Origin: Verrucomicrobiales bacterium | Lineage (GTDB): Bacteria; Verrucomicrobiota; Verrucomicrobiia; Verrucomicrobiales; V1-33 | DNA: 52,387 nucleotides | Assembly (NCBI GenBank): GCA_031411295.1 | Contig: JANOAV010000151.1 | Location: 1-52,387, forward strand | Direction of reading: 5' to 3' | Shown: one piece after another, positions 18,959-29,391 of the stretch | How the letters are laid out: each line of letters opens with the position of its first letter | Position numbering within the stretch: the first letter of the stretch is position 1 | The notes under the pieces: generated by a model | What the model was told of the DNA's origin: nothing | Databases searched by the model: none | The model's input: the letters and a program-made list of their open reading frames with translations, nothing else | Translations under genes and position numbers: made by a program

Positions 18959-20082
18959 CTCCATCCCGACAAATCTCCCCCTTCTACCGTCAACTCGCAG
19001 AGGAAGTCCGCGCCCTGGGCGGCTACTGGAATGCCCACATTCATTTGGATCGTGCGGGCACGATGGATGAACGTTACTGGAGCGCGACTGGCTTGCGGGT
19101 AACGGACACTTCCTCTATTTCATTACACGAGAAACATCGATTGATCTACAACGTGCACCAAGGGCCGGCTTATGATATCGCGGACCTGCGAGCCCGGGCG
19201 GAGGAGCATCTGGAAGTCATGGTCGGAGTGGGCACGCGCCGGGTCGACACGCTGTCGGACGTGACGGCGGATCGTGTTGGTCTGACCGCCTTGGAAACGC
19301 TGCTGCAGGTGAAATCCGAGTGGGCTGACCGGATTGATCTTCGCGTGGCCGCCTACTCCCCGTTAGGATTTCCCTTGAGCGAACCAGAGCGCTGGGAGTT
19401 GTTTCTGGAAGGAGCCGCACGGGCGGATTTTATCTCGGCCTTGCCGGAGGCGGATGAACTAAGCGAGTATCCCGGCCATATGGGATTCGAGGAACACTGC
19501 CGCCGCATGTTGGCAGTCTCGGCAGACTTGGGGAAAATGATCCACGTGCACACCGACCAACGCAATGAACGAGGCGAGTGCGGCACCGAGCGCTTGCTGC
19601 AAGTCATGCGCCAGGAGGGGCACCGTCGCCCGGCCAGCGGAGAACCGCTGGTGTGGGCGGTGCATATGGTTTCCCCTTCGACCTATGATGAGGCGCGCTT
19701 CGAAAAACTCGTGGAAGACATGCTCGAACTCGGCGTGGGCCTTATTTCCTGTCCTTCCGCAGCCATCGGCATGAGACAACTGCGCTCCGTGTCAACTCCC
19801 ACCTATAACAGCATTCCACGTGTGCTGGAACTGGTGGCGGCAGGCGTCCCGGTCCGGTTAGGGTCGGATAATATTTCCGATATGTGTTCCCCCAGCACCA
19901 CGGCGGATCTGACGGATGAAGTGTTCACGCTCTCGGCGGCCATTCGCTACTATGATCCCGTCCTACTGGCACGATTGGCGGCGGGCGTGGAGCCCACCGA
20001 GGCGATGCGTAAAACGGTGCGCGAGCATTTGACGCGCAACGCTGCTGAAATTCAGAAGGTGCTCAATGGAAGCCATTCGTAA
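18955..20082 (+). CDS. cytosine-deaminase-like amidohydrolase
   Basis: NAHIHLD, IHVHTDQ, AVH and LGSDNI metal motifs; ATGA overlap with the NRPS-like gene. Confidence 0.85.
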   Translation: MTPSRQISPFYRQLAEEVRALGGYWNAHIHLDRAGTMDERYWSATGLRVTDTSSISLHEKHRLIYNVHQGPAYDIADLRARAEEHLEVMVGVGTRRVDTLSDVTADRVGLTALETLLQVKSEWADRIDLRVAAYSPLGFPLSEPERWELFLEGAARADFISALPEADELSEYPGHMGFEEHCRRMLAVSADLGKMIHVHTDQRNERGECGTERLLQVMRQEGHRRPASGEPLVWAVHMVSPSTYDEARFEKLVEDMLELGVGLISCPSAAIGMRQLRSVSTPTYNSIPRVLELVAAGVPVRLGSDNISDMCSPSTTADLTDEVFTLSAAIRYYDPVLLARLAAGVEPTEAMRKTVREHLTRNAAEIQKVLNGSHS

Positions 20083-21358
20083 GTTTTTGGAGCGGATGCG
20101 ATCCGGGAAGACTGCGCCTGCGCTCGATCCAGTGCCAACGGTCCTTCCACCTGAAGCGCTGCCGGAGGGACCGCTGGATTTGCAACCGCTGGATCCAGCG
20201 TTTGTGAATGATCCCTATCCGTTACTGGCGCGACTTAGGGAAATGGAACCAGTCCATCGGAACAGTTCCGCCGTGTGGGCCCTGACACGTCATGCCGACA
20301 TCCTAGCCGCGCTGGCGGATCCCCGATTTGGCAATGCGCCATCACCCTATGCGGTGGTCAACGCACGCAACCGTCAGCGTTATCTCTGTGCCGATGTGGC
20401 CAATAACATCATTCCATTTCTCGATCCACCGGAGCACGATACCCCGCGTCGGTTGATCGGACGCGCCTTCGCCAAGCACATTCGCCACACGCCGCCGGAC
20501 CTGGAAGCCATTGCCGAGGAGTTCATCGCGCCGCTGCGGAATCGCCCAGAGTTTGATTTGCTGGCGGACTTTGCCACGCCATACGCCGTAGCCGTGATTG
20601 GGCGCACCTTGGGCGTCCCCCGTGAGGATGAAATGAGTTTAAAAGAATGGAGTCACTGGTTCTTCTATCTCTTCTCCATCATTCCCTCACATGAAATCCG
20701 GGAAAAACTGGATGAAGCGTTGGCTTCCTTCCGCGCCTATTTTCACCAGCGGTTAGTGGCCGTCCGAGCCCAGTCGGATGGCAGTCTACTGGCTGGCTTG
20801 GCAGAATTATCCGCCACGGAAGGTGGGCTGTCGGATGCGGAGATCGTGGACACCTGTATGTTACTATTTGCCGACGGCGTGGAGAATGTGGATCGAGCCA
20901 TCGTCAACGGAGCCACCGAACTGCTGCGACCGGAGCGATGGCGTCATTTGCAGGAGAATCCATCCGCCATTCCAGCAGCAGTGGACGAGTGCCTGCGCTT
21001 CGAATCGCCCGCGCAATTCGTGGGCAGAGTAGCCAAGGAAGCGATCACGCTCCATGGCCAGACGATCCCACAACACGCCGGCGTCTTGCTCCTGATTGGC
21101 TCCGCCCACCGGGACCCGAGCGTCTTCCCGGACCCAGACACGTTCAAAATGGACCGCTCACCGAATCGGCATCTTGCGTTCGGCCAGGGACGGCATTCCT
21201 GCATTGGTGGCCCCCTGGTGCGCATGGAAATGATCGTCGCTTTTGGAGCCTTGGTGCGGGCCTTTCCGCAACTGCACTCCATCGAAAACCGCTTGGAATG
21301 GACCCCGCGTCTGGGCCATCGCTGGCTGGCGCGATTGATGGTAGCGGTGGAACGCTGA
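20066..21358 (+). CDS. cytochrome P450
   Basis: DPPEH, ECLRFESP (ExxR), HRDP, HLAFGQGRHSCIG heme motif. Confidence 0.95.
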   Translation: MEAIRKFLERMRSGKTAPALDPVPTVLPPEALPEGPLDLQPLDPAFVNDPYPLLARLREMEPVHRNSSAVWALTRHADILAALADPRFGNAPSPYAVVNARNRQRYLCADVANNIIPFLDPPEHDTPRRLIGRAFAKHIRHTPPDLEAIAEEFIAPLRNRPEFDLLADFATPYAVAVIGRTLGVPREDEMSLKEWSHWFFYLFSIIPSHEIREKLDEALASFRAYFHQRLVAVRAQSDGSLLAGLAELSATEGGLSDAEIVDTCMLLFADGVENVDRAIVNGATELLRPERWRHLQENPSAIPAAVDECLRFESPAQFVGRVAKEAITLHGQTIPQHAGVLLLIGSAHRDPSVFPDPDTFKMDRSPNRHLAFGQGRHSCIGGPLVRMEMIVAFGALVRAFPQLHSIENRLEWTPRLGHRWLARLMVAVER

Positions 21359-21446
21359 AGCGACGGATCGGGTGGGCGCGGGTTTCGCTGTTTCGCCTTT
21401 CGATCACGAAATTTAGCTTGTGACGGATTCGGCATTTAGCTATGCT

Positions 21447-22292
21447 ATGCGAATGAAATTATCGAATCAACGATCCCGCATCGGTTGGGTGGGCGGCCTG
21501 CTTCTTGCTTTGACGGGGGCAGGGTGGGGGCATGGTAATTTCCATGAGTTGGTCACGGATTTAAACGCCAAAGTGACGGCGGCCCCAGCGGATGCCCAGT
21601 TGCGATTGGATCGAGCCCTGATCTATTTGGAGCATGAGGATTTGGCACTAGCCAAGGAGGACCTGGAGGCGGCGGCCAAGTTGGGCGGGGCGGAGGTCGT
21701 CGTCCTGTTGCTGCAAGCAAAGTGGCATCGGCTTTCCAAGCAACTGCCTGCAGCGCGACTGGCGATCGAATCGTGCCTGAAATTAGGGGCCAAGAATGTA
21801 GCCGCGCATTGGGAGCGGCTGGAAATTTTGAGCGCCCAGCAGGAAACTGCGCTGGCGCTGGAGGAAGCGGATGCGTTGCTCGAATTGGAGCAGACCCGCA
21901 TTCCAGAGTTGGTGCTCCAGCGCACGCAACTGGCCGAGCAAGTGGACGCAGCCGCAGCACTGCAGTGGCTGGACGAGTGGCTTGCCAAGCATCCCCGCCT
22001 AGCGGTGCTGGAGCAGGCAGCGTTGGCCTTGGAAATCAAGCTGAAACGCCATGAAGCCGTGCTCGCGCGATTCGACCGTCTGCTGGCGGCAGCGCCCCGC
22101 AAAGAGTTCCTTCTGCTCAAGCAAGCGCAATACTTGGCCGACCGAAAAGATGCGGTCTTGGCGCTGGCAGCCGTTGCCTCCTGCAAGGCGGCCTTGGATC
22201 GGCTCCCGGTGCACTTGCGCAACCTGCCGGCGGCGCAAGAGGTCGGCACCAAGGCCGACGCTTTACAAAAAGCCCTGACGATTACCCCCTAG
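21447..22292 (+). CDS. exported tetratricopeptide-repeat protein
   Basis: Signal peptide followed by HG motif; Ala/Leu-rich helical repeats. Confidence 0.75.
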   Translation: MRMKLSNQRSRIGWVGGLLLALTGAGWGHGNFHELVTDLNAKVTAAPADAQLRLDRALIYLEHEDLALAKEDLEAAAKLGGAEVVVLLLQAKWHRLSKQLPAARLAIESCLKLGAKNVAAHWERLEILSAQQETALALEEADALLELEQTRIPELVLQRTQLAEQVDAAAALQWLDEWLAKHPRLAVLEQAALALEIKLKRHEAVLARFDRLLAAAPRKEFLLLKQAQYLADRKDAVLALAAVASCKAALDRLPVHLRNLPAAQEVGTKADALQKALTITP

Positions 22293-22298
22293 AAAATC

Positions 22299-24254
22299 AT
22301 GCCCCCCCTTCGCGCTTTTTTATACTCTATGCTCATGCTGACCGCCGCCGATGCGGCCTTGGTCCGCGGCCCTTATTTGCAGATGGCCAACCCTCATGCC
22401 ATCAGCGTGCGATGGCGCACCGATGACTTCGGCGTGGGCCAGGTCCGCTATGGACTCACGTCGGTCAATTTGGATCAAACGATTAGTGAAACCACCTTTA
22501 AAAAGGATCATGAACTGCGCCTAACTGGTCTGACTCCAGCCACCAAGTATTTCTATGCCGTGGACTTGGAGGGAGTCGAACTAGCAGGCGGCTCCGATCA
22601 CTTTTTCACGACGCCACCAGCAGTCGGGAGCACAGGAGCGTTTCGCTTCTGGGCGTTGGGGGATGCCGGGACGCGTTATCCAGCGCAGACCATGGTGCGC
22701 AATGCCTTCGGGGGGGAGCACGCAGTGAAGCCTGCGGACTTCGTGATGATGCTGGGAGATAATGCGTATTACGCTGGATCGGATAGCGAATACCAAACGG
22801 CGGTGTTTAACATTTACCCGACCTATCTGCGCCAGCTTTGCTTCTGGTCGTGCCTCGGGAATCATGAAGTGATCTCCAATGCGACCGCCCCGCCCTACTT
22901 TGATATCTTCACGTTTCCCACGAATGGTGAGTGCGGTGGAGTGGCCTCTGGCACTGAGCATTACTTTTCGTTCGATTATGCCAACGTGCATTTCATCAGT
23001 TTGGATTTCATGCAAAGCAGTCGATTAGCTAGTGGTGCGCAGGCGGCCTGGTTGCAGGAGGATTTACAAAACGTCCAAGCTCCGTGGACGATCGTGTTCT
23101 TTCATCATCCACCTTACACTCACGGTTCCCATAACTCGGATTGGGAATCGGACCTGGTCCAGTTGCGGGAAAATTTCATGCCCATTCTGGAAAATGCCGG
23201 AGTGGATCTGGTGCTAAGCGGTCACAGTCATTGCTACGAGCGGTCGTGGTTTATGCGCGGCCACTATGGTGTGTCCTCCACCTTCAATGCGGGGACGCAC
23301 GTGGTGCAGGCAGGGGATGGACGGGAGGACGGAACCGGGATCTACCAAAAGTATCTGGCAGGTCCCAACGCCGGGAAAGGAACGGTCTATGTAGTGGCAG
23401 GTTCTGCCGGGCAAGCCACCGGAGGCGCGCTGGATCACCCAGCGATGTATGAGGGGCTCAATACGCTAGGGTCCCTCGTGGTGGATGTGGCGGATGATCG
23501 GATGGACGTCCGCTTCTTGAATTCCACCGGAACGTATGATGATCATTTCACGATGCAGAAAACGGAGAATGGTCCGCTGGTGTTACCTGGTAAACCAGAG
23601 CATCTGGGGGTGTTGCCCACCGGGCTCACCACCGGACTGTTGCGTTGGGATGATGTCGCTGCGGAAACGATTTACGATATTGAGTCATCCGCCGATGGCA
23701 TGACCTTTACCGTGGTGGGAAGTGCTGGTGTCAACGAAACTCAGTTTACGCTTGGAAATTTAGTGAATGGCGGAGTGGTCTCCCTCCGCGTAACGGCCCG
23801 GAACTCCAATGGCAGCAATGCGTCGGCGGTGCTAACCTACACCCATTCCTCGCCCCCCAATCCTGTAACACCAATCGAAACATGGCGCTTCATCCATTTC
23901 GCCATCGTTACTGACTCGGGGGATGCCGCCAATCAGGCCGACCCGGACCATGATGGTGTCAACAATCTATTGGAATACGCCTTCGGTAGCAATCCTCGAC
24001 ACCCCTCCAAACCCGTCGCCCTTGAGTGGGGCTACGATGAGGAGGAAGGGTGGTATGCTTATACCTTTGATCGCCACGCCCGCACGGATATTACCTACAG
24101 CCTGGAAGTCTCCGAGACGCTTGAGGCCGTGGCGTGGACCACACTCTTCACCAGCACCGGAATCGAGAACACGCAGCAACTGATCACTGTCCCAGATACC
24201 GCGATTGGGGTGACGACACGGCGGTTTGCCCGCTTGAGGATTACGAATCCGTAG
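22299..24254 (+). CDS. purple acid phosphatase-like metallophosphoesterase with FN3 and C-terminal Verrucomicrobia-type domain
   Basis: RGPYLQ, GDAG, GDNAY, GNHE, HHPPY, GHSH; DPDHDGVNNLLEYAFGSNP. Confidence 0.9.
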   Translation: MPPLRAFLYSMLMLTAADAALVRGPYLQMANPHAISVRWRTDDFGVGQVRYGLTSVNLDQTISETTFKKDHELRLTGLTPATKYFYAVDLEGVELAGGSDHFFTTPPAVGSTGAFRFWALGDAGTRYPAQTMVRNAFGGEHAVKPADFVMMLGDNAYYAGSDSEYQTAVFNIYPTYLRQLCFWSCLGNHEVISNATAPPYFDIFTFPTNGECGGVASGTEHYFSFDYANVHFISLDFMQSSRLASGAQAAWLQEDLQNVQAPWTIVFFHHPPYTHGSHNSDWESDLVQLRENFMPILENAGVDLVLSGHSHCYERSWFMRGHYGVSSTFNAGTHVVQAGDGREDGTGIYQKYLAGPNAGKGTVYVVAGSAGQATGGALDHPAMYEGLNTLGSLVVDVADDRMDVRFLNSTGTYDDHFTMQKTENGPLVLPGKPEHLGVLPTGLTTGLLRWDDVAAETIYDIESSADGMTFTVVGSAGVNETQFTLGNLVNGGVVSLRVTARNSNGSNASAVLTYTHSSPPNPVTPIETWRFIHFAIVTDSGDAANQADPDHDGVNNLLEYAFGSNPRHPSKPVALEWGYDEEEGWYAYTFDRHARTDITYSLEVSETLEAVAWTTLFTSTGIENTQQLITVPDTAIGVTTRRFARLRITNP

Positions 24255-24266
24255 CGAGAGACCATC

Positions 24267-25865
24267 ATGCCTAAATTTATAATCAGCAATTTCCTCATCT
24301 TACCATTGCTTGCGGCTGCGAGCTTGTCGCAGGCCGCCGAGGTGCCCCGTCCGAACATTCTTTTTGCGATTGCGGACGATTGGGGCCGCCACGCTGGAGC
24401 TTATGGCACGAAGTGGGTGCAAACCCCCGCGTTTGACCGGGTGGCGAAAAATGGGATCCTCTTTCAGCGGGCCTATACTCCAAATGCCAAGTGTGCGCCA
24501 TCCCGAGCCTGTATTCTAACAGGACGGAATTCCTGGCAACTCAAAGAGGCAGCCAATCACATTTGCTATTTTCCACCCGAATTCAAAGGCTGGGCGGAAG
24601 CCCTAACCGAGCAGGGTTGGTTCATGGGGCACACGAATAAAGGCTGGGGCCCGGGCGTGGCTAATGATGCCGCCGGGAAACCTCGGGCCATGACGGGCAA
24701 GGCTTTTAACAATCGGAAAGCGCAGCCGCCGACAGACGAAATTAGCGCGAACGACTATGCGGGCAATTTCAATGATTTCCTCGAAGCTGCTCCCAAGGAG
24801 AAGCCGTGGTGCTTCTGGTATGGTGCGGTGGAGCCACATCGGGGCTATGAATTCGGCTCAGGGGTGGCTAAAGGCGGGAAAAAACTTACCGATATCGATC
24901 ACGTGCCAGCCTTCTGGCCTGACAATGACACGGTGCGCAATGATATGCTGGATTATGCCTTTGAGATTGAGCATTTCGACCGCCATCTGGGGCGCATGCT
25001 GGATGAATTGGCCAAGCGTGGCCAGTTGGAAAACACCTTGGTGATTGTCACGAGCGACCACGGCATGCCCTTTCCCAGAAGCAAAGGTAACGCCTATGAA
25101 TTAGCTAACCATGTCCCGCTGGCAGCCATGTGGCCTAAAGGCATCAGCGCTCCCGGACGCGCGGAAGCAGGGTTCGTCAGTTTCGTGGATCTGGCGCCAA
25201 CCCTAATCGAAGTGGCGGGCCTAACCTGGCAACAGACAGGGATGGCACCCACGGCCGGAAGCAGTTTGGTGCCCATTTTCCAACAAGCCAAAGCCCTCCC
25301 GCAAGTTCGGGATTCAGTCCTCATTGGAAAAGAGCGCACCGACATCGGGCGTCCCCACGACGCCGGGTATCCCGTGCGGGGAATCATCAAAGGCGATCAG
25401 ATCTATGTGCGAAATTTCGAAAATACTCGCTGGCCCGCCGGAAATCCCGAGACGGGCTACTTGGATTGCGATGCGGGGGCCACCAAGACCTTCATTCTGG
25501 ATGCGCACCGCAAGAACGCGCAAGATCCTGCATGGGCCCTGTGCTTCGGGATGCGGCCGACCGAGGAATTCTACGATCTGGCCACAGACCCGGATTGCCT
25601 AGACAATCTAGCCGCCAAACCCGAACATGCTGCTAACATGAAATCCATGCGCGAAGCAATGGAAGCAAAACTCCGTGAACAAGAGGATCCGCGCATGTTC
25701 GGTAAAGGCAATATCTTCGATGAATACGTCCATGCCAACAAAGGTCACGTGGGTTTTTACGAACGTTTTATGAAGGGTGAAAAATTGAAAACGGGCTGGG
25801 TCTCGGATTCCGATTACGAAAAGTTACCTTCACCCGGAGCCACGAAACTCACCGATCCTCCGTGA
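24267..25865 (+). CDS. sulfatase (formylglycine-dependent, N-sulfoglucosamine sulfohydrolase-like)
   Basis: [33 protein letters not shown]; signal peptide. Confidence 0.93.
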   Translation: MPKFIISNFLILPLLAAASLSQAAEVPRPNILFAIADDWGRHAGAYGTKWVQTPAFDRVAKNGILFQRAYTPNAKCAPSRACILTGRNSWQLKEAANHICYFPPEFKGWAEALTEQGWFMGHTNKGWGPGVANDAAGKPRAMTGKAFNNRKAQPPTDEISANDYAGNFNDFLEAAPKEKPWCFWYGAVEPHRGYEFGSGVAKGGKKLTDIDHVPAFWPDNDTVRNDMLDYAFEIEHFDRHLGRMLDELAKRGQLENTLVIVTSDHGMPFPRSKGNAYELANHVPLAAMWPKGISAPGRAEAGFVSFVDLAPTLIEVAGLTWQQTGMAPTAGSSLVPIFQQAKALPQVRDSVLIGKERTDIGRPHDAGYPVRGIIKGDQIYVRNFENTRWPAGNPETGYLDCDAGATKTFILDAHRKNAQDPAWALCFGMRPTEEFYDLATDPDCLDNLAAKPEHAANMKSMREAMEAKLREQEDPRMFGKGNIFDEYVHANKGHVGFYERFMKGEKLKTGWVSDSDYEKLPSPGATKLTDPP

Positions 25866-25886
25866 GCCGCGCGGGTGCTTGAGCTG

Positions 25887-26753
25887 CTAAGCTTCGCCCG
25901 TCTCAATCGTGGCCTTGGCCTTGAGTTCGTCGATGAACTCCTTGGTGCGGGCCTGTTTGCGGTCCTGGAGATAATGCTCTGTGAGTTCAGGTTTAATCGT
26001 TGCAAAATCTTTGAGAATGGCGGGCTCATGACCGATGATTTTAGCCAAATGGAATCCCCAGTGACTCGCGAAGACTGGGCTGATTTCACCGACCAACAGC
26101 GAGAAGAAAATTAGGTCGAATTCGTCCATGAATTCACCCCGTTTGAACCACCCCAGATCAATGACCTTGTCCTCCTTGTCGGTGTGTTCCGTGGCCATCG
26201 CCTCAAAATCCGTCCCCTCCAGCGCCTCTCTCCGCAGCACCCGCAACTGATTGTAAATCGTGTCCCGATCCTCCACTTTCTCCACTTGCTTGAAGATGGC
26301 CAACGCGCGGATGCGTTCATCCGTCATGTAGTTAGCACGTTGCTCCAGCAGGAACGCTTGCAGATCGGCATCCGTAGGGTGGGGGATATCCCCCCAAATG
26401 TGTAGGAACATCTTGTCCATCCGCAGACCACTGGCGATATCCTGCAGCAGCAATGGATCTTCCAACGAACTTACGCCCAACCGCTCACAGACCTGCTCCG
26501 CTCCCCCATGCTCCAGCACCAACTTCTCCACAGTGGCAGCAATTTCCCCGGAATCCAACGCAGGAAATTTCACCTCGGCCGCTTGATTCAGCAGCACGCG
26601 CGCAATGACGTTTTCTCTGGCATACTCCCGAAACTCTGGATCGCGCTCACAGCACGACATGGCCCCCATGCGCTCGTAATGGGATTTGATAACCTGAAAT
26701 TCTTCTTGCAGGATTTCAGGAGGGACAGTTTCGGAATTAATGATCAGGGGCAT
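25887..26753 (-). CDS. PpiC/parvulin-type peptidyl-prolyl isomerase
   Basis: DFEAMATEHT...DLGWFKRGEF...GEISPVFASHWGFHLAK. Confidence 0.85.
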   Translation of the reverse strand: MPLIINSETVPPEILQEEFQVIKSHYERMGAMSCCERDPEFREYARENVIARVLLNQAAEVKFPALDSGEIAATVEKLVLEHGGAEQVCERLGVSSLEDPLLLQDIASGLRMDKMFLHIWGDIPHPTDADLQAFLLEQRANYMTDERIRALAIFKQVEKVEDRDTIYNQLRVLRREALEGTDFEAMATEHTDKEDKVIDLGWFKRGEFMDEFDLIFFSLLVGEISPVFASHWGFHLAKIIGHEPAILKDFATIKPELTEHYLQDRKQARTKEFIDELKAKATIETGEA

Positions 26754-26964
26754 GCCACGGAGGATGCGCGGGATTTCCCAACCGACAACTGTTTCCCGCA
26801 GCGAAAGCGCGGAACACCCTCTCGCGAGGCATGGTTGCTGGTTCCGTTCTGAGGCGGGATTGCCCCACCCAATGCTAAGCCGAGTTCGCGGACATGCTGT
26901 CAAATGGCAGTCAAATTGGACCCGTAGTAATCATAAGTCCTTGAATATTAACGTATTGGGGAAC

Positions 26965-27054
26965 TGGCGGAGAGAGAGGGATTCGAACCCTCGGTAGAGT
27001 TACCCCTACGACAATTTAGCAAACTGTTGCTTTAGACCACTCAGCCATCTCTCC
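26965..27054 (-). tRNA. tRNA-Ser(GCT)
   Basis: Reverse complement GGAGAGATGGCTGAGTGGTCTAAAGCAACAGTTTGCTAAATTGTCGTAGGGGTAACTCTACCGAGGGTTCGAATCCCTCTCTCTCCGCCA; long variable arm, encoded CCA. Confidence 0.96.
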
Positions 27055-27596
27055 TTGGAAGTCCCAGAAACGGGGGCTAACCCGTTGACTTGTGATGCGA
27101 TTATAAGAGCAGAGGATTTTTGTTTCGTCAAAGAAATCTGCGCGCTTTCTCGAAGATTTCTTTCGAGGGGTGGTCTCAGCCGCTCTGCAGGCTGGACCAA
27201 TCGACTAAGGATCGGTCTGTTCTTGGTTTTCGCTGCGCCCAATGACATACCACAGGATCGCTGCCGGAAGGGCAACCCAGAGGACGAAAATATAGATTGG
27301 AAATAGAATAGCCGTCATTTTTCGAGGGTGACACATTTTGTGGGGATTTCAAGGTAATTCGTCATTTTCCATAACTTCTCGGGGCTGCCATCGGTCCGCC
27401 GAGCGGACTGTAGTTTGGGCAATTGATGCCTCGGACTAAATGCACATCGGAACTTTCGATCGAGGGACGTCCGCTTTGCAGATGGTGATCTGCAGGATCG
27501 ATCCGCAGCAGAGCCCTGCGGGGTTGTTCGCTCCTTGGGGATAAACACGAGTGATTATTCCCCAGAGACGGGAATACGCTGCGGACAACTACCAGC

Positions 27597-27687
27597 GTAG
27601 TTCTGGGCTTCAGCCCGTCTAACGTCCCCGGTGAATCGGACCTTTGAACTCACCCGGACGTTGGCGCGGGCTGAAGCCCCAAACCAC
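27597..27687. repeat. REP-like long hairpin (gggcttcagcccg family)
   Basis: gggcttcagcccgtctaacgtcc...ggacgttggcgcgggctgaagccc; same family as 51023-51085. Confidence 0.7.
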
Positions 27688-27857
27688 CCCGTCGCAAAGG
27701 AGGTAATGCTGTGGAATAATCACTCGTTGGGGATAAATTGACCGCAATTTTTGACTCGCCATTGGCGGACGAGAGGCTAATGTCCTGCGGGCTCATGCCC
27801 GACTGACTTGCTTTGAAACGTCCCCCAGTAATCCCTAATCCACTGCCAAATGCCGAG

Positions 27858-28817
27858 ATGGCACCTACCTTGTTGCGTCGATTGCAATCCAAGGCTCGGG
27901 CGCTGTCGGCGGGGCGGGTGCGGAATGAACTGGATGTGGGGTTGAAGCCGACTCCTGGGTGGCGGCGGCGGAATTGGGATTTTGTCAGCAAGGTGCTGAT
28001 GCCTTCATTATGGTTGCCACGGGCTGGGGAGGTGCAGGTGGCGGATCTCCTGCATCCGGAATGCCCCGGGCAAATTAAGGTGACGTGGATTGGGCATGCT
28101 TCATTTCTCATTCAGACGGGCGGGCAAAATATTTTAGTGGACCCGAACTGGGCTCAGTGGATGGCCATTGTAAAGCGGGTGCGTCATCCAGGGCTGTTGA
28201 TTGATGAATTACCCCCGATTGATCTGGTGTTAGTGACGCACGCGCACTATGACCATTTGCATTTGCGGACGCTGCGGAAGGTGAGTTCTGGCCAACCGAT
28301 TGTGGTGCCGCACGGGGTGGGGAAGGTGGTGCGGAAGGCGGGCTTCGGTGAGGTGATCGAAATGGAGCGCTGGCAGGAAATTCAATTGGGACCACTCAAG
28401 ATCACGTTCACGCCGTCCAAACATTGGGGGGCCCGGAATGGGTATGATGTGCATCGGGGGTTCGGCGGATTCTTGATTGAAAATGAGTCGGGACGCACGG
28501 TCTATCACTGTGGGGATAGCGCTTATTTCGAAGGGTTCGCAGAGATTGGGAATCGGGCTAAGATTGATTTGGCGTTGCTGCCGATCGGGGCTTACGAGGC
28601 GATGAGCGGTCGGTCGGTGCACATGAATCCAGAGGAGGCGCTGGCGGCGTTTAAAGATTTGGGGGCCACGCATATGGCTCCGATGCACTATGGGACGTTT
28701 CCGCTGGGCGGGGAACCGATGCATGAACCGCTGGAGCGCCTGCAGGCGGGGGTGCGGGAATTTGGATTCGAGGATCGGGTGGCAATTCTAACCGAGGGCG
28801 AACCACGCATTTTCTGA
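27858..28817 (+). CDS. MBL-fold metallo-hydrolase (NAPE-PLD/RomA-like)
   Basis: TWIGHASFLI, THAHYDHL, GDS, LPIGAY, HMNPEEA, PMHYGTF. Confidence 0.92.
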   Translation: MAPTLLRRLQSKARALSAGRVRNELDVGLKPTPGWRRRNWDFVSKVLMPSLWLPRAGEVQVADLLHPECPGQIKVTWIGHASFLIQTGGQNILVDPNWAQWMAIVKRVRHPGLLIDELPPIDLVLVTHAHYDHLHLRTLRKVSSGQPIVVPHGVGKVVRKAGFGEVIEMERWQEIQLGPLKITFTPSKHWGARNGYDVHRGFGGFLIENESGRTVYHCGDSAYFEGFAEIGNRAKIDLALLPIGAYEAMSGRSVHMNPEEALAAFKDLGATHMAPMHYGTFPLGGEPMHEPLERLQAGVREFGFEDRVAILTEGEPRIF

Positions 28818-29384
28818 GTGAGAGGAGCGTTGTGGCTTTGGTTAATACTGACGTGGTTGCCGCTGGGAGTTGCGGGCGAGCCTCGTTTCCGCAAGCTGGA
28901 AATTGAATCGGCCCAGTTTACTCATGAGCAGGTGGGGCTGCTGCAATTGGAGTTGGAGAAGGTGGCTAATTTCTTGAGCATCTATGTTTATCAGACGTAT
29001 GCCAGGGAGATCGCTGAGGGGAAGGCGGAGAGCCGACTGCGGGCACGGCGGTGGTTGTCGTTGGCGATGCATGTGGACCCGCACAATTTGGCGGCCCAAC
29101 GAATCAATGAGATGCTGGCCGCCGGAGTGGCCGAGTCGTTGGAATCAGACTTGCCGCAGACGCCAAAGTTGTTCGTGGGGGAGTTGCTCCGATTGATCAA
29201 GCTGCTCCAAGCCCGGGCGGAATCCAATGCTGGAAGGCTGGCGGGCTTTCTGGCGCTGGTGGCGGCTGATTTGGATCCGCTCAATGAGGACGCGGTCTAT
29301 GCGGCGGAAATCTTTGCGCAGAAGGAACGGGACATTAGCGCTGCTTGGAAAGCACTGGCGCTGGGTGCGGGGCCTCCCAAATGA
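28818..29384 (+). CDS. exported hypothetical protein
   Basis: GTG start directly after the MBL gene stop; hydrophobic N-terminus; helical. Confidence 0.65.
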   Translation: MRGALWLWLILTWLPLGVAGEPRFRKLEIESAQFTHEQVGLLQLELEKVANFLSIYVYQTYAREIAEGKAESRLRARRWLSLAMHVDPHNLAAQRINEMLAAGVAESLESDLPQTPKLFVGELLRLIKLLQARAESNAGRLAGFLALVAADLDPLNEDAVYAAEIFAQKERDISAAWKALALGAGPPK

Positions 29385-29391
29385 TGCTGGA

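Noticed and set aside
27060..27600. Possible ncRNA or small gene in the long intergenic region upstream of tRNA-Ser
   Set aside because: No recognisable RNA family motif or convincing ORF by eye; an Rfam search would be needed.
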